Shown here: piece after piece, positions 12,171 through 25,893 of the stretch
How positions within the stretch are numbered: the stretch's first letter is position 1
How the letters are laid out: each line of letters opens with the position of its first letter
From: Saccostrea echinata
Taxonomy: Eukaryota
Assembly (NCBI RefSeq): GCF_033153115.1
Contig: NW_026889778.1
Coordinates: 23,250,001-23,314,000, forward strand
Direction: 5' to 3'
Length of the DNA stretch: 64,000 bases
The notes under the pieces: model-generated
The model's input: only the letters and a program-made list of their open reading frames with translations
Told to the model about the DNA's origin: nothing
Database searches by the model: none
Program-made: the position numbers and the translations under genes

Positions 12171-15100
12171 TTCACCAGAGAAAGTCAGGTGACCATTTAA
12201 TAAAATAATTAATAGAGCCAAAATCCCACTAAAACGAGAACTCATACAGCTAGCAGACAATCTCTGCTCAGTTTAGACAAGCTTCATCCCGAAGCTTGTT
12301 CTGAGTTGTGAAAAGAGAAAAGAAGATTTTTATTCAAATTCAGCCTTTTATATAATTCAGTATGTATTATACATGCATATGGATACAAGATTTGTATAAA
12401 TTGTACACAAAACACATGATAAATAAAATTTCTGAATCTTGTAGGTAAAAGCCCATTCAGAAACCAACCTTTCTTCAGACTCCTATCTAGAAATCGCACT
12501 TTAGCCATCAAATTTAAAGAATAGGATGATTTTCATATTCTGTCTAATGCATGAACATTATCCAAAAAGTTTAAAACATATTTTTTCAGCATATACAAAT
12601 ACTGCTCACTAGAAATTTTTAAAACATGATTGTAAATTTACAATATTATAAATACAAGTTTCATTAATAAATGTATGGAAAAAAATATTAACATGAATCA
12701 AGGCACTTGTAACTGCAGTGTGTTAATGACAACAAAATATACCTTAATCTTAGTTTTATCACCTACGAATATTAACCATATTACATACTAGTTAATATTC
12801 CATGCTGAAACTAATTCAAATTAAGTAAAACTCTTCATTAATTTTAAACCTAGTACAATTACATGTGTAATGGAAAGGGACGCTTAATTAACTTTAGCAT
12901 CTACATGTATAGTATACCTTATAAAGAAAAGACTTGTTTGAACTACATAGCATTTTTTCAACAAAAAAAAAAACATTTAAAATATATCATTACTGAAAAT
13001 CATATGTAGAGCCACACAGCCAGAAATCATTATGCACATTCATTTTTTGAAAATGTGTGATCTGAAATTATGTGCTCTTATTGTAGCATCTTTTATATGA
13101 AGAAGACACTGACAGAGAAATTAAAGCCTTGTGGGTATGTACTGCACTCTTTTTGAATGTATAATATCATTATGCAGATTTAAACAAGAGCGTTTAAAGA
13201 AACCCGTGTGGCCTATGTCAGCAAGCTCGGGAATTATTCAAAATTCTGATCATCAGGAAAAAAGCACAAAAAAATCCAACAAGATAACATTTAGATTATA
13301 AAAGGATCCAAGTGATCATATTTCAACCTTGTAAAAAATCCAATACTCAATAATAAGAAAAAAACACAACTTTCTTGCCATTTTACTGTCAGATAAGTTG
13401 AAATACTAAATGGGACAATAATCTTTATGATGGCATTAGTAACTGCAACTGCAAGTACATGGAATAAGACAAGGCTGTGCCTCCTATTTCTCACTTTTTT
13501 TTTCTTTAATTTTACTGTAATCATATTTTTAGTACCTAACAGCTGCCAATGTTGAAACAATAAAGAATATTCTCTTTATTCATTTGTGTGACATATCATT
13601 TCACATAGTTACTTTTTTAATGTTCAAAAAGCCTTTGAATCTCTAGGAATAACTAGCTTTTCAAAAAGGATGTAAAGTACTGAATAGATATGAAATAGCT
13701 TTCTGCTATTCATAACTTTAAAAATTATAATGTACCATGATGTACATGTACATACATGTAGTAAAAGATAGAATTCTAAGAGACAAATCATGGGAGAATA
13801 TATTAAAACCCTGCTGGAATCAAACTCCTTATCTTCTGTGTACTAAACCATTATACTTTATAGACCACTGAGCAATCTGGATGGACAGTGTACATGAGCA
13901 TGACAATAGACAAATTTCACATTTATGAAAGTTATTTCCCTTTGCGGGGTCAATCTGGGGTCAACCGGCGCAAGACAGTTTTCCCTCTATAACATTACCA
14001 ACTTTTTGGGGCAATGTCTCAAAAATTAAATCCATTTGAATATGTTCATTATGTTTTTATATGTTGCCCTATACTAAGGCAATTCAGGAATGGGTCAAAA
14101 TTGTCAGATTCTGTTTGAAGGTTTAAAATATTTACAGGTAAGTTACAAAGGACATAGTGACAAAATTGAGTGTTACGCTGACAACGGGAGATAACTCTTA
14201 AGATTGTGAAATTCGTTCATTAACAAAAAAATTGACCAACATTGGACATTGGTACCTCCAAAACTGGAGAATTATAGAATATAGGGGATGTAACTCTTTA
14301 GCTAGCAAAAGTCATGATAGAATATATTGTGACATATACATGTATTTATGTTTGAAAAAAATTGTGTTAATGTGTCATCTTTCTTTAAATGAGATTGTTG
14401 GAGACAATTTCTTTATAATCAAACTAAGTACACGTTGTGCACTGATCACTGCATCTCAAATCAGTCAAAATTAAGTTTTGTACACCTTTGATGTGACCTG
14501 TTAAATATCTAAAACAATGTTAATGCCACAATTACACACAATCATTTTTTGATAGGTGGATTTTATAAATTCCTAGATCTACATATTTAAATTTACTGAT
14601 CATTAACTTAGATGTATTGAAATGTGCACTTGAAATCTAGCAATAATTTTTCAAACAATCATACATGTGTACACTCTTAAACATGTCTGTTCAGAATGTG
14701 GAATAAACCACCAAAAATGTCATTCTGCTGTTATAGTATGAATCCTTCCACATGAAATAGAAAATTAAATGAAATACCTTTGGTTTTCATTTACACAACA
14801 TAAATATTTATTTCAGCAACATACTATGTATAACCTCAAAACTTTGAAAATCGTGCAAGACTTGCATGTTTGTAATACACATACATGTATGCAATACATG
14901 TATGTGTAAAGAAATTTTACACTAGCTTTCAAAGCAATTCATAAAGCCACAAATTGTGTACACATGGAAAACATCAAAATCAGAAATTTCTAGTGAAATA
15001 CATGTGTTACAATCATTCTCCATCTGTACACTTTTTTCTGCCACTTAACGGCTTAAGTGGAGTCTATTTTTAGCTGCCTAACCTAGTCAGTTTGGAATCT

Positions 15101-17661
15101 ATAGGAGTGGGATTATGGGAATGGATAAAAATATTGAGCATTTTCATTTCATCAATCTGAATTTCAATAAATACAATGTCATGCAAGTATTTTAATACAT
15201 ACATGCAGTTATACAAGTACTTTAATATCTGTAACATTGACATTATAATTTCTCCCATTGACACTTTATGGTGCTTCATTCCCATGTGGTGAATATCTAA
15301 CCTACAACGTATTAGACAAACCCTAGCAAGCATTTTATTGGTGATCATGATATAAGAATGGTTATATCATGTGTCACATATTATAATATGCCATCACTTT
15401 TTTTTTTCTATAAGAAAATGGGTTGAAAGAAATCTGTACAGTAAAATGCACACATTGTGTCATGTGAGAGAATGGTTCCATAGTGTGTGTTCCTTAATGA
15501 GTTATGATTTTTCCTTTATCAATAATTCTTGTTTCTGAATTTTTGAAGTATCAAAAGACATTTAGCAATTAAGCTGTGAGTCTTAAGGTTTTGAAGATAA
15601 AAAAGATAAAAGAATTCAAGTATTAATGGAGAAAAACTGCTAACTCATTCAAGTTGTGGAACTTACAAATACAACACTAACAATATTAATACATTGTACT
15701 TTGTCACATGTTACATGAAAGGTTACAAAAGAACACAGCTAGCTTCTGCTATAACTGATTAGTAAGAAAAGACACCCCCCTCCCCTTTCCACAAAAAAAA
15801 AAAATACATACCAAGAGTAATATTGTTAATAAATGATATCAACCTAGCCCAATAAAACATACAAGTACATATAAATTAATTTTCAAAAATAAAAAAAAGT
15901 TCACAGAAAATAAGTTTCAAATACACACATTTCATGGGTTGCATACCCCATTCTTGCATATACATACATATCTTACTCAAAATTCATTTCATTCTGCTAT
16001 CAAAAATTGTACTGTGCTTGACTTCCTTCAACATTTTTAATAAAATTTTAAAATTCAAAATCTGTTGTTTACATTGTAAAAAGATTTAAGACTCGTATAC
16101 ATATAGCATTTCTACCAATAACAAAACATATGCAACATACTGTTTACAGTACATACAATGCGGTAAAAGAATCACAGAAAAAAATGAGTATACAAAATGT
16201 ACATAAAATACTGTAAACCAACAATTATACACAACATTTTTAATCCACAAATCGCCAATACTGTAAACTAGTTTGCGACACATAATATTTCCAATCAATG
16301 TTTCCTGTGTCGTACATCATTAACTGTTAAACAAGATACATCCTTGGGCTGGAGATGCTCATAAATCATGCAGATTTTTTTGGCATGGATATAAAAGTTG
16401 GTTTACAAAAGTGTGTCAAGGACAAATGACCCTCTGCTAAGACAGAACCAAATATGCTAATGAATGATAAATCAATGTTTCTTTTATTACATCTTCATTA
16501 AATTCAACCCTGACTTGTCTGAAGTTTTTCGGCCACATTGTACTTTGGTTTCATTAATTTTCATAGAACACAAATTTTCGTTGTTTTTGTGGTTTAGCCA
16601 GACAATAAAAATACATGATCAACAGAAAATAAATTTCAATAATGCTAAAAATAGTGCAATGCAGCTGTCACAAATTCATATGCTGTTGATCACATCTTTA
16701 TTTTCATTGTAATTATGTATGACCATCTGCACACAAAAAAAAACTTTTTTGCCAAAACCATGAAATTTGAACCGCTTGCAAATTATTCAAACCACAAAAC
16801 TGTAGATCACTTAATTTTCACAACAGCATATTTTTGTGAGCAAGTATTTTCACAAAGTTTTGTAAATATTGTTTCATATAATCTTTAATAATCATATAAA
16901 TTACGTGAGAATGAAATTTTTGCAATTAGACGGTCTTGCATAATTATGCGAAAAAAAAGTCTTGCTAATAAAAAGTGATTTACAGAATACAAAATCTGCT
17001 TGACTTTTGTTTTTAGTCCTTCTTTCTGATAAAAAATGTCAAAATTCAGTCAAGTTACATTAATTTCAATAAGCAGAGGGGCATTCCCCCTTGCCATTTC
17101 TTTTCCAGACATTCTTCAATCTACCTGAGAAAATGAGTTTGGATCACTAACCTACTTGAAAGTCAATCACTAATACATGTATCTAGGCCTACAGTATATA
17201 TTACTGGTACAAGTTTACTTTTATGAATCTGCCATTTTTAATTTTTAACAATGCACACAAGTACATGTACTACCAATTTATTATATGTGGTTTAATATGT
17301 TGTGATGGTAAATTCACTGTGTATTTTCTTATCAATGAAAATTTTCAAAGCGAGAAAGTTAAAAGAGAATTGAAATATCTATTCCCTTACAGCTTTTCAG
17401 CATGGCAGAATGTCATTTTCTAAGAAAACAACTCATTGACTGAAAACTACGAACATTTCCTCATTGATTACAGAGCAACATACTATAAACACTTTAAATT
17501 TTTTTCTGTCTATTAATCCTAGCATTAGGTAAATTAAAGTTTTAGATATTTAAACAAAACATACAAAAATAACAATTTTTTGACCAGATGGAAATTAAAT
17601 GCCTCAGTTTAAACAATGCATTTCAATTGTTACATTCATTATATTTAACCCTACTTCATAT

Positions 17662-20600
17662 TCAGCTCCCTGAATACTCCTTGGCCGTTTGATAAATCAG
17701 GTCTTTAATCTTTCGCCGGGTCTCTGTGACTGTTTTTGGGGTGACTATGTCATTCAATGGTATACTATATCCCTCACAAAGCTCTTTACACAAATGTTCA
17801 GCTGTAGCTATGACAAACACTCCACAGTCGTATGCTGAATAGATGCAAGAAATACCATTTTTTATTCATTGTCAACATAGATACTGTAAAACGAAATGTA
17901 CTTTTTTTATGCCGGGTCATAATTCCATGGAATAATAATTTCTGTTCAATCTGTGGTTAAAAAATTACACTGATTTCTTATCACTACTATATGTCTTATA
18001 TAATTATATGCATACATGTAACTAAGCTGTGACAAATTTCTGCTGGAAATTTGTGACTGGGTACATAGCGTATATTAATCCCACACTGAAAAAATGAAAG
18101 TTCGTCTACAGTATTTAAAATAAATAATAAAAATAATTTAAAAAGCTAGTAAATAAATAAATAAAAATCTGAAAATCCTTCAAAAATCCTGCATTTTCAA
18201 ATTTTTACATAAAAAAAGTCAAAACCAATCTGAGGAACAGGAATTGACTCTTCTTTAAAATACAAGGTTATGGTAGAAATGTCACTGTGTGGAGAGTTAA
18301 TAAAATACTTCCTTTATCATGTTTATCTTGAAAAACTTGATTTCTCCGATAAAACTAAACATGTATTGAATTAACGTATATACGGGTATCTTCAGCAGGT
18401 TTCATGTACATGTGAATCACTTAAAATAAATACTGTATACTCAGTTACTTGTTTTCTATCTTTGAAATTGATCTACTTCTGCATTGATGGATTCATGAAA
18501 TACGTATTTGTGATCTTGGTAATGCTAAATATACTTTGTACACTCACAGTTATTTTGCTGGGGTCCATCCATTTCCAGGAATTTCATGCGACCCATGGGA
18601 GCTAAGAAAGGGGAAAAAAGTTTCATTATAATTGTATTTATCAAATGCTCTTTGTGTGAATTACTTGTATAATAATTATTTTAAAAATATAAGTATCTGA
18701 AAATTAGCTCTATAACATGTTTTCCTCTATACAAGAGATTTAGAATCTTTATAAATTAATCAGCATACCCTCTAATTATTGAAATAAAAGCTGCCATCTT
18801 TAATTTCATTGGATTCTATATACATACATTGTATTTGCTTTTCTTCTTTTTTATTTTCCCTTTATCAAGCTAGGCATATTTTGAGCTTTGTAAGTCAATG
18901 AAGAAATAGAGCATACCTAGGACATATGGTTGTAGTTTATAAGCCAATCTCTTGGCTTCCTCTTGGTTTGTGTGTTTACTGGAATCATAATGTCTGAACT
19001 CCTGTCGACTTCTTATGTACACCAGTAGACTCCTGAAAAGGATATCACTGATAACAGGCACATATAGATCGAGCTGCCAACATCTTAAATTGAAAAATAA
19101 GAAGGAGATGGGCAGGGGCTGCCTAGACCCCTGGCCACTAGAGATTTTTTTCCACTTTGTTTAGATTGATTAAAACATGAAAATGATTAAGATTGCAAAT
19201 CTGCATGCCTACTATAAACAGACATTATAGTCGAGCAAGTGCTGTAAGGACTTTGACTTTTTCTTATTATATAATAAAAGCTGAAGACAAATAGGTATAA
19301 AAATTCTGGTATTTCAAACTTCTGACTGAGAAAAACAGAAATCTGATGAATAAATAGAGAAATCGTATAGTGTATTTTAGACACTCAAATCACAGGCCAA
19401 ATTATCAATTTTGGCTGCTCTGCATGTAGATCTAGACAATATATTATTTTAAGTTTAACATATAAATTGAGGAATCTGATTGCCAAACTTTTCACTCATG
19501 TGGGAGTTGTTTTGTGATAATGAAAAAAATGAAATTTAGTATATTACTTATTATGTTACTTATGCATTATTGTGTGAAAAGTTTAAAAGGATAAGTGATT
19601 CACACACCAGTGAGATCCACCAGTCTGTTCACACTGTGAATTGTCATTGACTGGAAGGAAGACATACTGCTTTGAGGGGAGATTCAAAGGCTCCAGGAAC
19701 TCTCCTAACTGGTCACCTTAAAGTAAAACTCACAGTAAAAGCACAAATTTAAGGTACAGGTACAAATTATCTTGATAGCTCTTTATCATATGCTTATAAA
19801 ATGTTCAATTGATAAAAAAAACATTTTTAAAATTACAGAAAATTATTATTTAGATTTTAATTTTTTTTTTTTTTTTTTTTTTTTTGCCTTTTTACTGCCA
19901 CCCATTACAAAATGTAAAAACCTTTGTCACACCTGTCTGAGGTAAAGTTAAAACACCCATTTTATATATTTTTTTTCTTTATGGCCGAGAAGCATTCAAT
20001 GCATGTTTTAAATCAATCCTGATAAGACTTGATTTATAATACATGTACAACATAGCTTTCATCTAGCTTAGCAGCAAATTCTGCACTAGTTGACCCCTTC
20101 CCACTTGTCACAAATGAAGGACAAAGTTTCCAGAGCAATTATCTGATGTAGACAAACTGCAGCACAGTGATACCATGTTATTTGTAGGCCACTGTATTTA
20201 GATATACATTTTGTATCTTTGTATATCTCACAATATAAAGGAAGAGGCTGTAATCCCCCCCCCCCCCCCTCCTCCTCCCCCCAATAAAAAGTAAAATTAA
20301 AAAAAATTAATTTATATGATTGCATGTTTATATACCCATGCTAATTGGTATCAAAATTATGTGCACAAGCTACTACAAGATACCCCAAATTTGCAAAATT
20401 AAGCCAAATAAGCCCCCCCCCCCCCCACCTCACCACGTAAAATATAAAAAGAAAAGAAAAACGTAGAAAAAATTAACTTCACAGTTTACATCATCTACAT
20501 AATGCTTAAGCTTCTTGACAATATCTAAATTTATCAAAATGAACCTATGTTCATGATGTTAATTAATACAATGTTTATACATTATATTTGTAATAACTTT

Positions 20601-22439
20601 AAAGGTTACCAGACAAACCCAGAAGAAAATTATACTTACTAGGAAGAAGCTTGATACACTGTGCAACATCAGGATTTATTAAGCTAAGTTTGTCAGCAGA
20701 ATGGTTAAACTTCTCTCTTTCAAAATACCTAGAAATGAGAGAAAACAAAGCATACTGCATGTACCTGTTATGCATACATGTAATCATTGTAATTAACATA
20801 CCTTTTCATTTGCTATGTCTAAGGATGCTATGGTCTAATAAAGATTCTATGAAATAAAATGGGAAGAAAGATTAAAAAAAACACTGGGAAATTAAGTGGG
20901 TTGGTCATGACCTGAATTTGAATCCAAAAAAGGGGGTGGGGGACACAGGCACTTGTTTCGTTTACGAGGCACCCCTTCTAATAAGTAGGGGTGCCCCATA
21001 TATGAAACAAGTGCCTGTGGTGGGGGAGGGGGATGTTATGAATAGTCTTATTTCATAAATAAATAACATTTTTGAAAACTTCACTTGGAAATGAAGTGGG
21101 TTAATCATGTGATCAAATCCTGTGCAGCCAGCCCAAAGGGCCTCTCATCAGATTTAATTACTTACCAACACACTTTATTTCCCAGTGAAGTTTTTAATCT
21201 TATTTATTTCTTATATATACATTTGAGATGGACAGTTATATAAAAATAGTGCACTAACAGATGACAAAATGGCATAAGGTGTAATTTATTTGCTTGGAAA
21301 GCTGTTGTGAACACTATTAAATTAATTCAGATGCTAAAGGATTCTGTTGAAGCAAGTATTTTGTGGAAGCTAGGCTATTTGTGATCAATTATGGTGAGAG
21401 GATTGCTTTCCTGATTTTATTTTTTCCCATGATTCCAGTACGTGATGGATGAAAAGGCATTAGAAACACAGTGCATGATTAATTGTAGAAAGTGGGTAAG
21501 ACATAGACTATTCCCAGCCACTTCTCTAGAGAGAGGAGAATAGGCATGCAATTAAAGGGTCTGGTGTACCCATGGGTGGTGCTACTATCATTCAGTGTAA
21601 TACCCTGCTTTCAGTATTTACACAGATATGTGATATTGTTTGTGGTGAGAATATTTAATGGTGAGAAAATTTAATGAAGTCACTGTCCTCAAGAAAATTG
21701 AGACAAAAAATAAAAATGTGCTGACAACATGGACAAAAGGTCCATTGAAGTACTTAAAACTATTCCAAACACATGGTGGTACTTGAAGCTCCCTTATTTG
21801 TCCAAATGAAATAGATCTACATTATATAGACAGTGAAGAAGGTTAATTGTGTAATAACCTGCATGCAACAAGAAATTAAATCGTGAACATGATGAAAGAT
21901 GATGCAATAGATTTTAAGAAGTCTTCATTTGATTGTTCTCAAAAAAGAATAAGTACCGGTAAAAGAGCAGTAATGTGCCTTAAAAAAACACATGTAAAAT
22001 GACAAGAAACATGTAGCTGTCAAATGATGAGGAATTTAAAATTCACTGTCCATATCACAGCAGCTGTTTAAGTTAACCCACCCAAATTAAAGGTGTTTAC
22101 TCTCAAAAACGTTTGCCCTCTCTTAATGAACAGAGTCACAGGTACAATGTATATGAATTGTCGTAAAATAAGCCAAGATATCAAGTGTAAATAAGGTAAC
22201 GTTACCCGTCATTCATAAATCTCGTCATGCATGAGTGCTCAGTCAACACAGAGCCCAAATGATCTGTAAGGTCACTCGAAAAGTTTCCAAGAGACAAACG
22301 GCGTAGATTATACTTACTCGAAGCAAAATCCCAAAAGTTTGTCATTCAACCATTTTTGGTCGTCTAGTAAGCTGACATCAGCTTTATACAGCAGACTATC
22401 GTGAAAATTCAACACAACATCGTTTGACTCGTTTTCCAT
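17662..22439 (-). CDS. SENP8: Sentrin-specific protease 8 (NEDP1/DEN1 deneddylase), 6 exons, 220 aa
   Basis: Exons 22439-22318, 20728-20640, 19716-19608, 19032-18917, 18601-18548, 17834-17662; all GT-AG and phase-compatible (663 nt). N-terminus VVLNFHDSLLYKADVSLLDDQKWLND; catalytic motifs GGSHWSLL, HYDS and PQQNNSYDCGVFV of the C48 protease family. Confidence 0.96.
17882..18113. mobile_element. TA-flanked MITE in the last SENP8 intron
   Basis: TACTGTAAAACGAA ... TTCGTCTACAGTA imperfect inverted termini. Confidence 0.5.
20851..21210. mobile_element. Foldback MITE with a nested 76-bp hairpin, in SENP8 intron 1
   Basis: Outer arms GATTAAAAA..CACTGGGAAATTAAGTGGGTTGGT / ACCAACACACTTTATTTCCCAGTG..TTTTTAATC; inner palindrome CACAGGCACTTGTTTC...GAAACAAGTGCCTGTG at 20944-21019. 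Confidence 0.65.
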
Positions 22440-22477
22440 GATCAACTAGCAGTACTCCATGTTCTGATTATGGTGCA

Positions 22478-22540
22478 TCACTTCCGGGTCAAGGGAAAAA
22501 ATTGGAGGGGTTCCGAAATGCGACAATTGGCGGGAAGTTA
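22478..22540 (-). promoter_or_regulatory. Candidate SENP8 TATA-less core promoter
   Basis: 40-100 bp upstream of the ATG: ETS site ACTTCCGG (22480-22487), two CCAAT boxes on the - strand (ATTGG at 22501 and 22526), E2F-like TTGGCGGGAA (22527-22536). Motif inference only. Confidence 0.55.
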
Positions 22541-22591
22541 TGAAAAATTAAAGGCGAAAAAAGGAGGGATTTTTGATGATATTATATTTCC

Positions 22592-22830
22592 CAGGGCTGT
22601 CGAACGCGGAAGGAAGGGGGGGGGGCAGGGGGCGACCCCCGCTTTTTTCTGAGTATATTATTTTGCTATAGTAAATTTTCCTTTGGATGCCCCCCTAACT
22701 TTTTGTCGCTGCAAGGTAGAGCACTGGCAAATGGCAAATTTCAGAATTTGGACAGTTAATTAGTTTTTTTTCTTGTTAGATTTTTTGGAAATTTGGCCCC
22801 CACTTTTGAAACCGTTGCTACGGGGCTCTG
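22592..22830. mobile_element. MITE with GC-rich termini upstream of SENP8
   Basis: CAGGGCTGTCG ... GCTACGGGGCTCTG degenerate inverted ends with G/C runs. Confidence 0.45.
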
Positions 22831-23539
22831 TGTTCCCAGTCACTTAATTAGTATCGATTTGGAAAGGGGATAGTGGGGCAGAAAAATAATTAACAACTTG
22901 CACGAAAAATCTTTGACAAGGAAAAAAAAGGAAAATTCTCCAATTTCCAGATATTGGGGGTGGGGGTCCAACTTTTTTGACTGGGAAAAATTCTTCATAC
23001 AATACCTTAAGTAGGGAATTTTGGGGGAATTTTACCATGCTGTATTAAAAAGAAAAGGGCAACTGGCCTTTCAATGAATATTTTCATACTAAGCACATGG
23101 ACATGCAGTAAAATAATATTATGTGCGGGAAAAGAGGTGCTCAACCCTCTATCCCTATCCCCCCTACCCCCCCCCCCCCAAACCTACTTCATGCCTGCTT
23201 TCAAATAGTTTTTGAACAGAGATAGAACAGCATGTCCCCTCCCAATAATTTTGCCGATATAAAGTATACTATAGAAAGCAGAGCTTTATGGACGTCGTGC
23301 GGTGACCCTCAATGAATACGTCTGGTGATGTTTGGCCGGTTGTGCCCCCCCCCCCAACTGAAATTGCTTCCTACGTATACGGGACTGAGAACGTATGCTT
23401 TAATTGGACATTTATGGAAATTAAGGAATATGCAAATATGATTCCTAATTGGCTTAAAAATCTTATTCACTTCAAGACGTACATGTAACATACAAAAAAA
23501 TTAAGATGTACTCTACTATAGAGTGTTCATGGAACTTGG

Positions 23540-24115
23540 AGAAAACGAATAGTAATCAAGCTCAAAAGTCTATTGAAACAATACAATTTGGGAGCAGAGA
23601 AAACACGAACCTCTAAAAACACCAGAGATGCATGGGATTAGATGCCATGGAGGAGTAAGCATCTCCTGTCGACAGGTAATACCGCTGTATGCTCCTCGAC
23701 GTCGTGATCGGGATTTCAAGTGGAAAAATCCGTAGACAATTCAGTGTGTAAAAAATGGGCTAACAATGGCATTAGTATGAAAAAGCTCAGTCAGCGTTCG
23801 ACTTCATGGTAGAATGTATTTGCTGACAACGTCATTGTATCGACAGAACTTGCGAAATGATGACTTAATTTAAACGAGACTGTTGATATTCTTGTTTCAT
23901 CATCTTGCTTGTCAATAGCTTGCTTCGTTTTAGAAACTGTTCGCTATTGCGTATCGAATCAAATGGGAGACATAAACCCCACATGCAGGTGATAAGGTTA
24001 TATTGCAACATAAGTAAGGGAAGTTGACGAAAGAAAAGTTGAAGTCATCACGTTTATCATAAAGTTTTGTTGTAAGGTTGCCATTAACGTCTTTTTCTAT
24101 AGTAAAATATATCTT
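23540..24115 (-). mobile_element. Penelope-like retroelement, 5'-truncated fragment
   Basis: RT C-terminal peptide LTTKLYDKRDDFNFSFVNFPYL...YVSHLIRYA plus the 3' module GGAGGAGTAAGCATC shared with four other copies. Confidence 0.85.
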
Positions 24116-24680
24116 AGGAAGTAATTTCAGTCGGAGGGTGCCCAACTAAACCTGAAAAAAAAAGATTTGAGGGGATATACAACCCAGAATTAGCTGTTAC
24201 TGGTTTTTCTAGCGTAATGTATTGTCTGTGTAACTGAATATATAATGAATGGCAAAAATGATAGGGATACGGCCATCAATGACCCACCCATGTAGCTATG
24301 CGCCTGTATCTGAAGCAATTTTTTAAAAAAAGAAAATTTTAGACTTATAATAGCTTATATATAGTTGTCATATGTACATCGATGATCTTTAAATTGTAAT
24401 GACACCACAGAAAGTAATATTTCTTGTTTTATTTTAGTTATAATCGTTGCTCAGTTTTCTTATAATACATTATTATATGTATTTTTTTTAATTATCATTA
24501 TTTTATGAGAGAAAAAAGAAAGAAAGACATTTTTTTCATCTTTTTTTATTTATATCATTTTTAACCACAGACTTATATACAAACATTGAAAGTATACGTG
24601 TCATATGATATAGATTAAATTATTATTGTTTGTACGTCTGGGGAATATCTGATATACAATAAATACATGTATCTGCATCT

Positions 24681-25579
24681 TTACATTTTTAACGTTTCTA
24701 TCCCCACTTGGATCCTGGAAAGAACCAGACCGACTGCGTCAAAAATCGGGGCACACAGACACATGGTAGAAGTCCCCACGAACATCTGACAGCACCCCAT
24801 CACAATACTACACCCGCGAAACATTGGAGTGGCGATCCATATCATAAAGAAGGTGAGGACGGCGAACGCCCAGCCAAAGAAGGGGGCGATCAGGCAGGAC
24901 AGCAGAGTGGTAAGGAGTTTGTACATACAGCTCTTACTGCAGTTAAAACAGGTGTAGGTGCAGTTTTCCCAGCAACAGTCATAGCTGTGTGCACCACTGG
25001 GTTCTGCTATCACTTCATCAAATTCTACCTGAAATGCAACAAATGTGAAACATTGTTTATGTCATTATTATGGACATACGGCGAAAATGAACCAAATATT
25101 AAAATAAAAAAAATCAAATTCTACCTGAAATACAACAAATGTGGAAATTTGTATATGTCATTATTATGAAAACATGGAGAAAAATAACCAAATATTAACA
25201 ATGATTAAAATAATAAAAAAAAATCTATATAGATTTTTTTTGCATAGGCGGATCCCGAGGGAGGGGGTCCTCCTAATTTTAGTTGTCTTGAGTTTATGTA
25301 GTAACCTGATAATCTCTCTATCTCTCTCTTTCTCTCTCTCTGAATCACAGACCTATAGATATATATCATTAGATGCGGGGAAGAGTAATGTAACGTTATT
25401 TTTATTCAAATACTGTACTTCCTTAGCTGGTGTTCCTTTAATTGAAAAAAGTAGAATTATTGTGTAAATCTAATTTACGTGTATGTATGTTATAGATTGA
25501 TAAAATCAAGACAATTCAGATCAATCAATACCTTCACATGTGAATTTAATTCATTTGGATCCCTGTCAGCTAAATCCAT
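24681..25579 (-). CDS. Caveolin-family protein, short and Cys-rich, 2 coding exons, 131 aa
   Basis: Exon 25579-25532 (MDLADRDPNELNSHVK) spliced to 25028-24681 (VEFDEVIAEPSGAHSYD...). Matches the caveolin RDP and FEDVIAEP signatures, the intramembrane segment and the IWxxxP motif. Confidence 0.93.
25017..25200. repeat. 96-bp tandem duplication spanning the caveolin 3' splice site
   Basis: ATCAAATTCTACCTGAAAT.CAACAAATGTG...TATGTCATTATTATG...AACCAAATATTAA at 25017 and 25113. Confidence 0.9.
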
Positions 25580-25893
25580 GAACAATTCTGCTTTTCACCT
25601 GTTCACTGAGAAAAAAAAATTCAAACATACACTAAGTCCTGTGTTTTCTTTTTGACAATATCTCTTTTGTTTTTTTTAGAATGTGCATGATTGACAACGT
25701 GTATTATTTCACAAAAGAAATCAACTGGAGCAAAACTTTAAAAATCGATAAAACCCAAAACAGGATTATAAGTCGGGATCGACATTCCAGTTTTCTCTGG
25801 GGGTGACCACAAATTACGAAACATTTTAAAGGATTTATTTTGTGCCGTTATCTTTTAAATTCTATCATTTAAGTCAAAACAGAGAGTGGAATT

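Noticed and set aside
13940-15066. Possible transposon ending in the palindrome CCACTTAA-CGGC-TTAAGTGG
   Set aside because: No matching termini or target duplication could be defined.
1185-17423. Numerous 60-95-aa ORFs in the supplied track
   Set aside because: AT-rich low-complexity translations, many with non-ATG starts or inside repeats, with no splice or homology support.
24708-25169. 153-aa + strand ORF
   Set aside because: Antisense shadow of caveolin exon 2 running into the tandem duplication.
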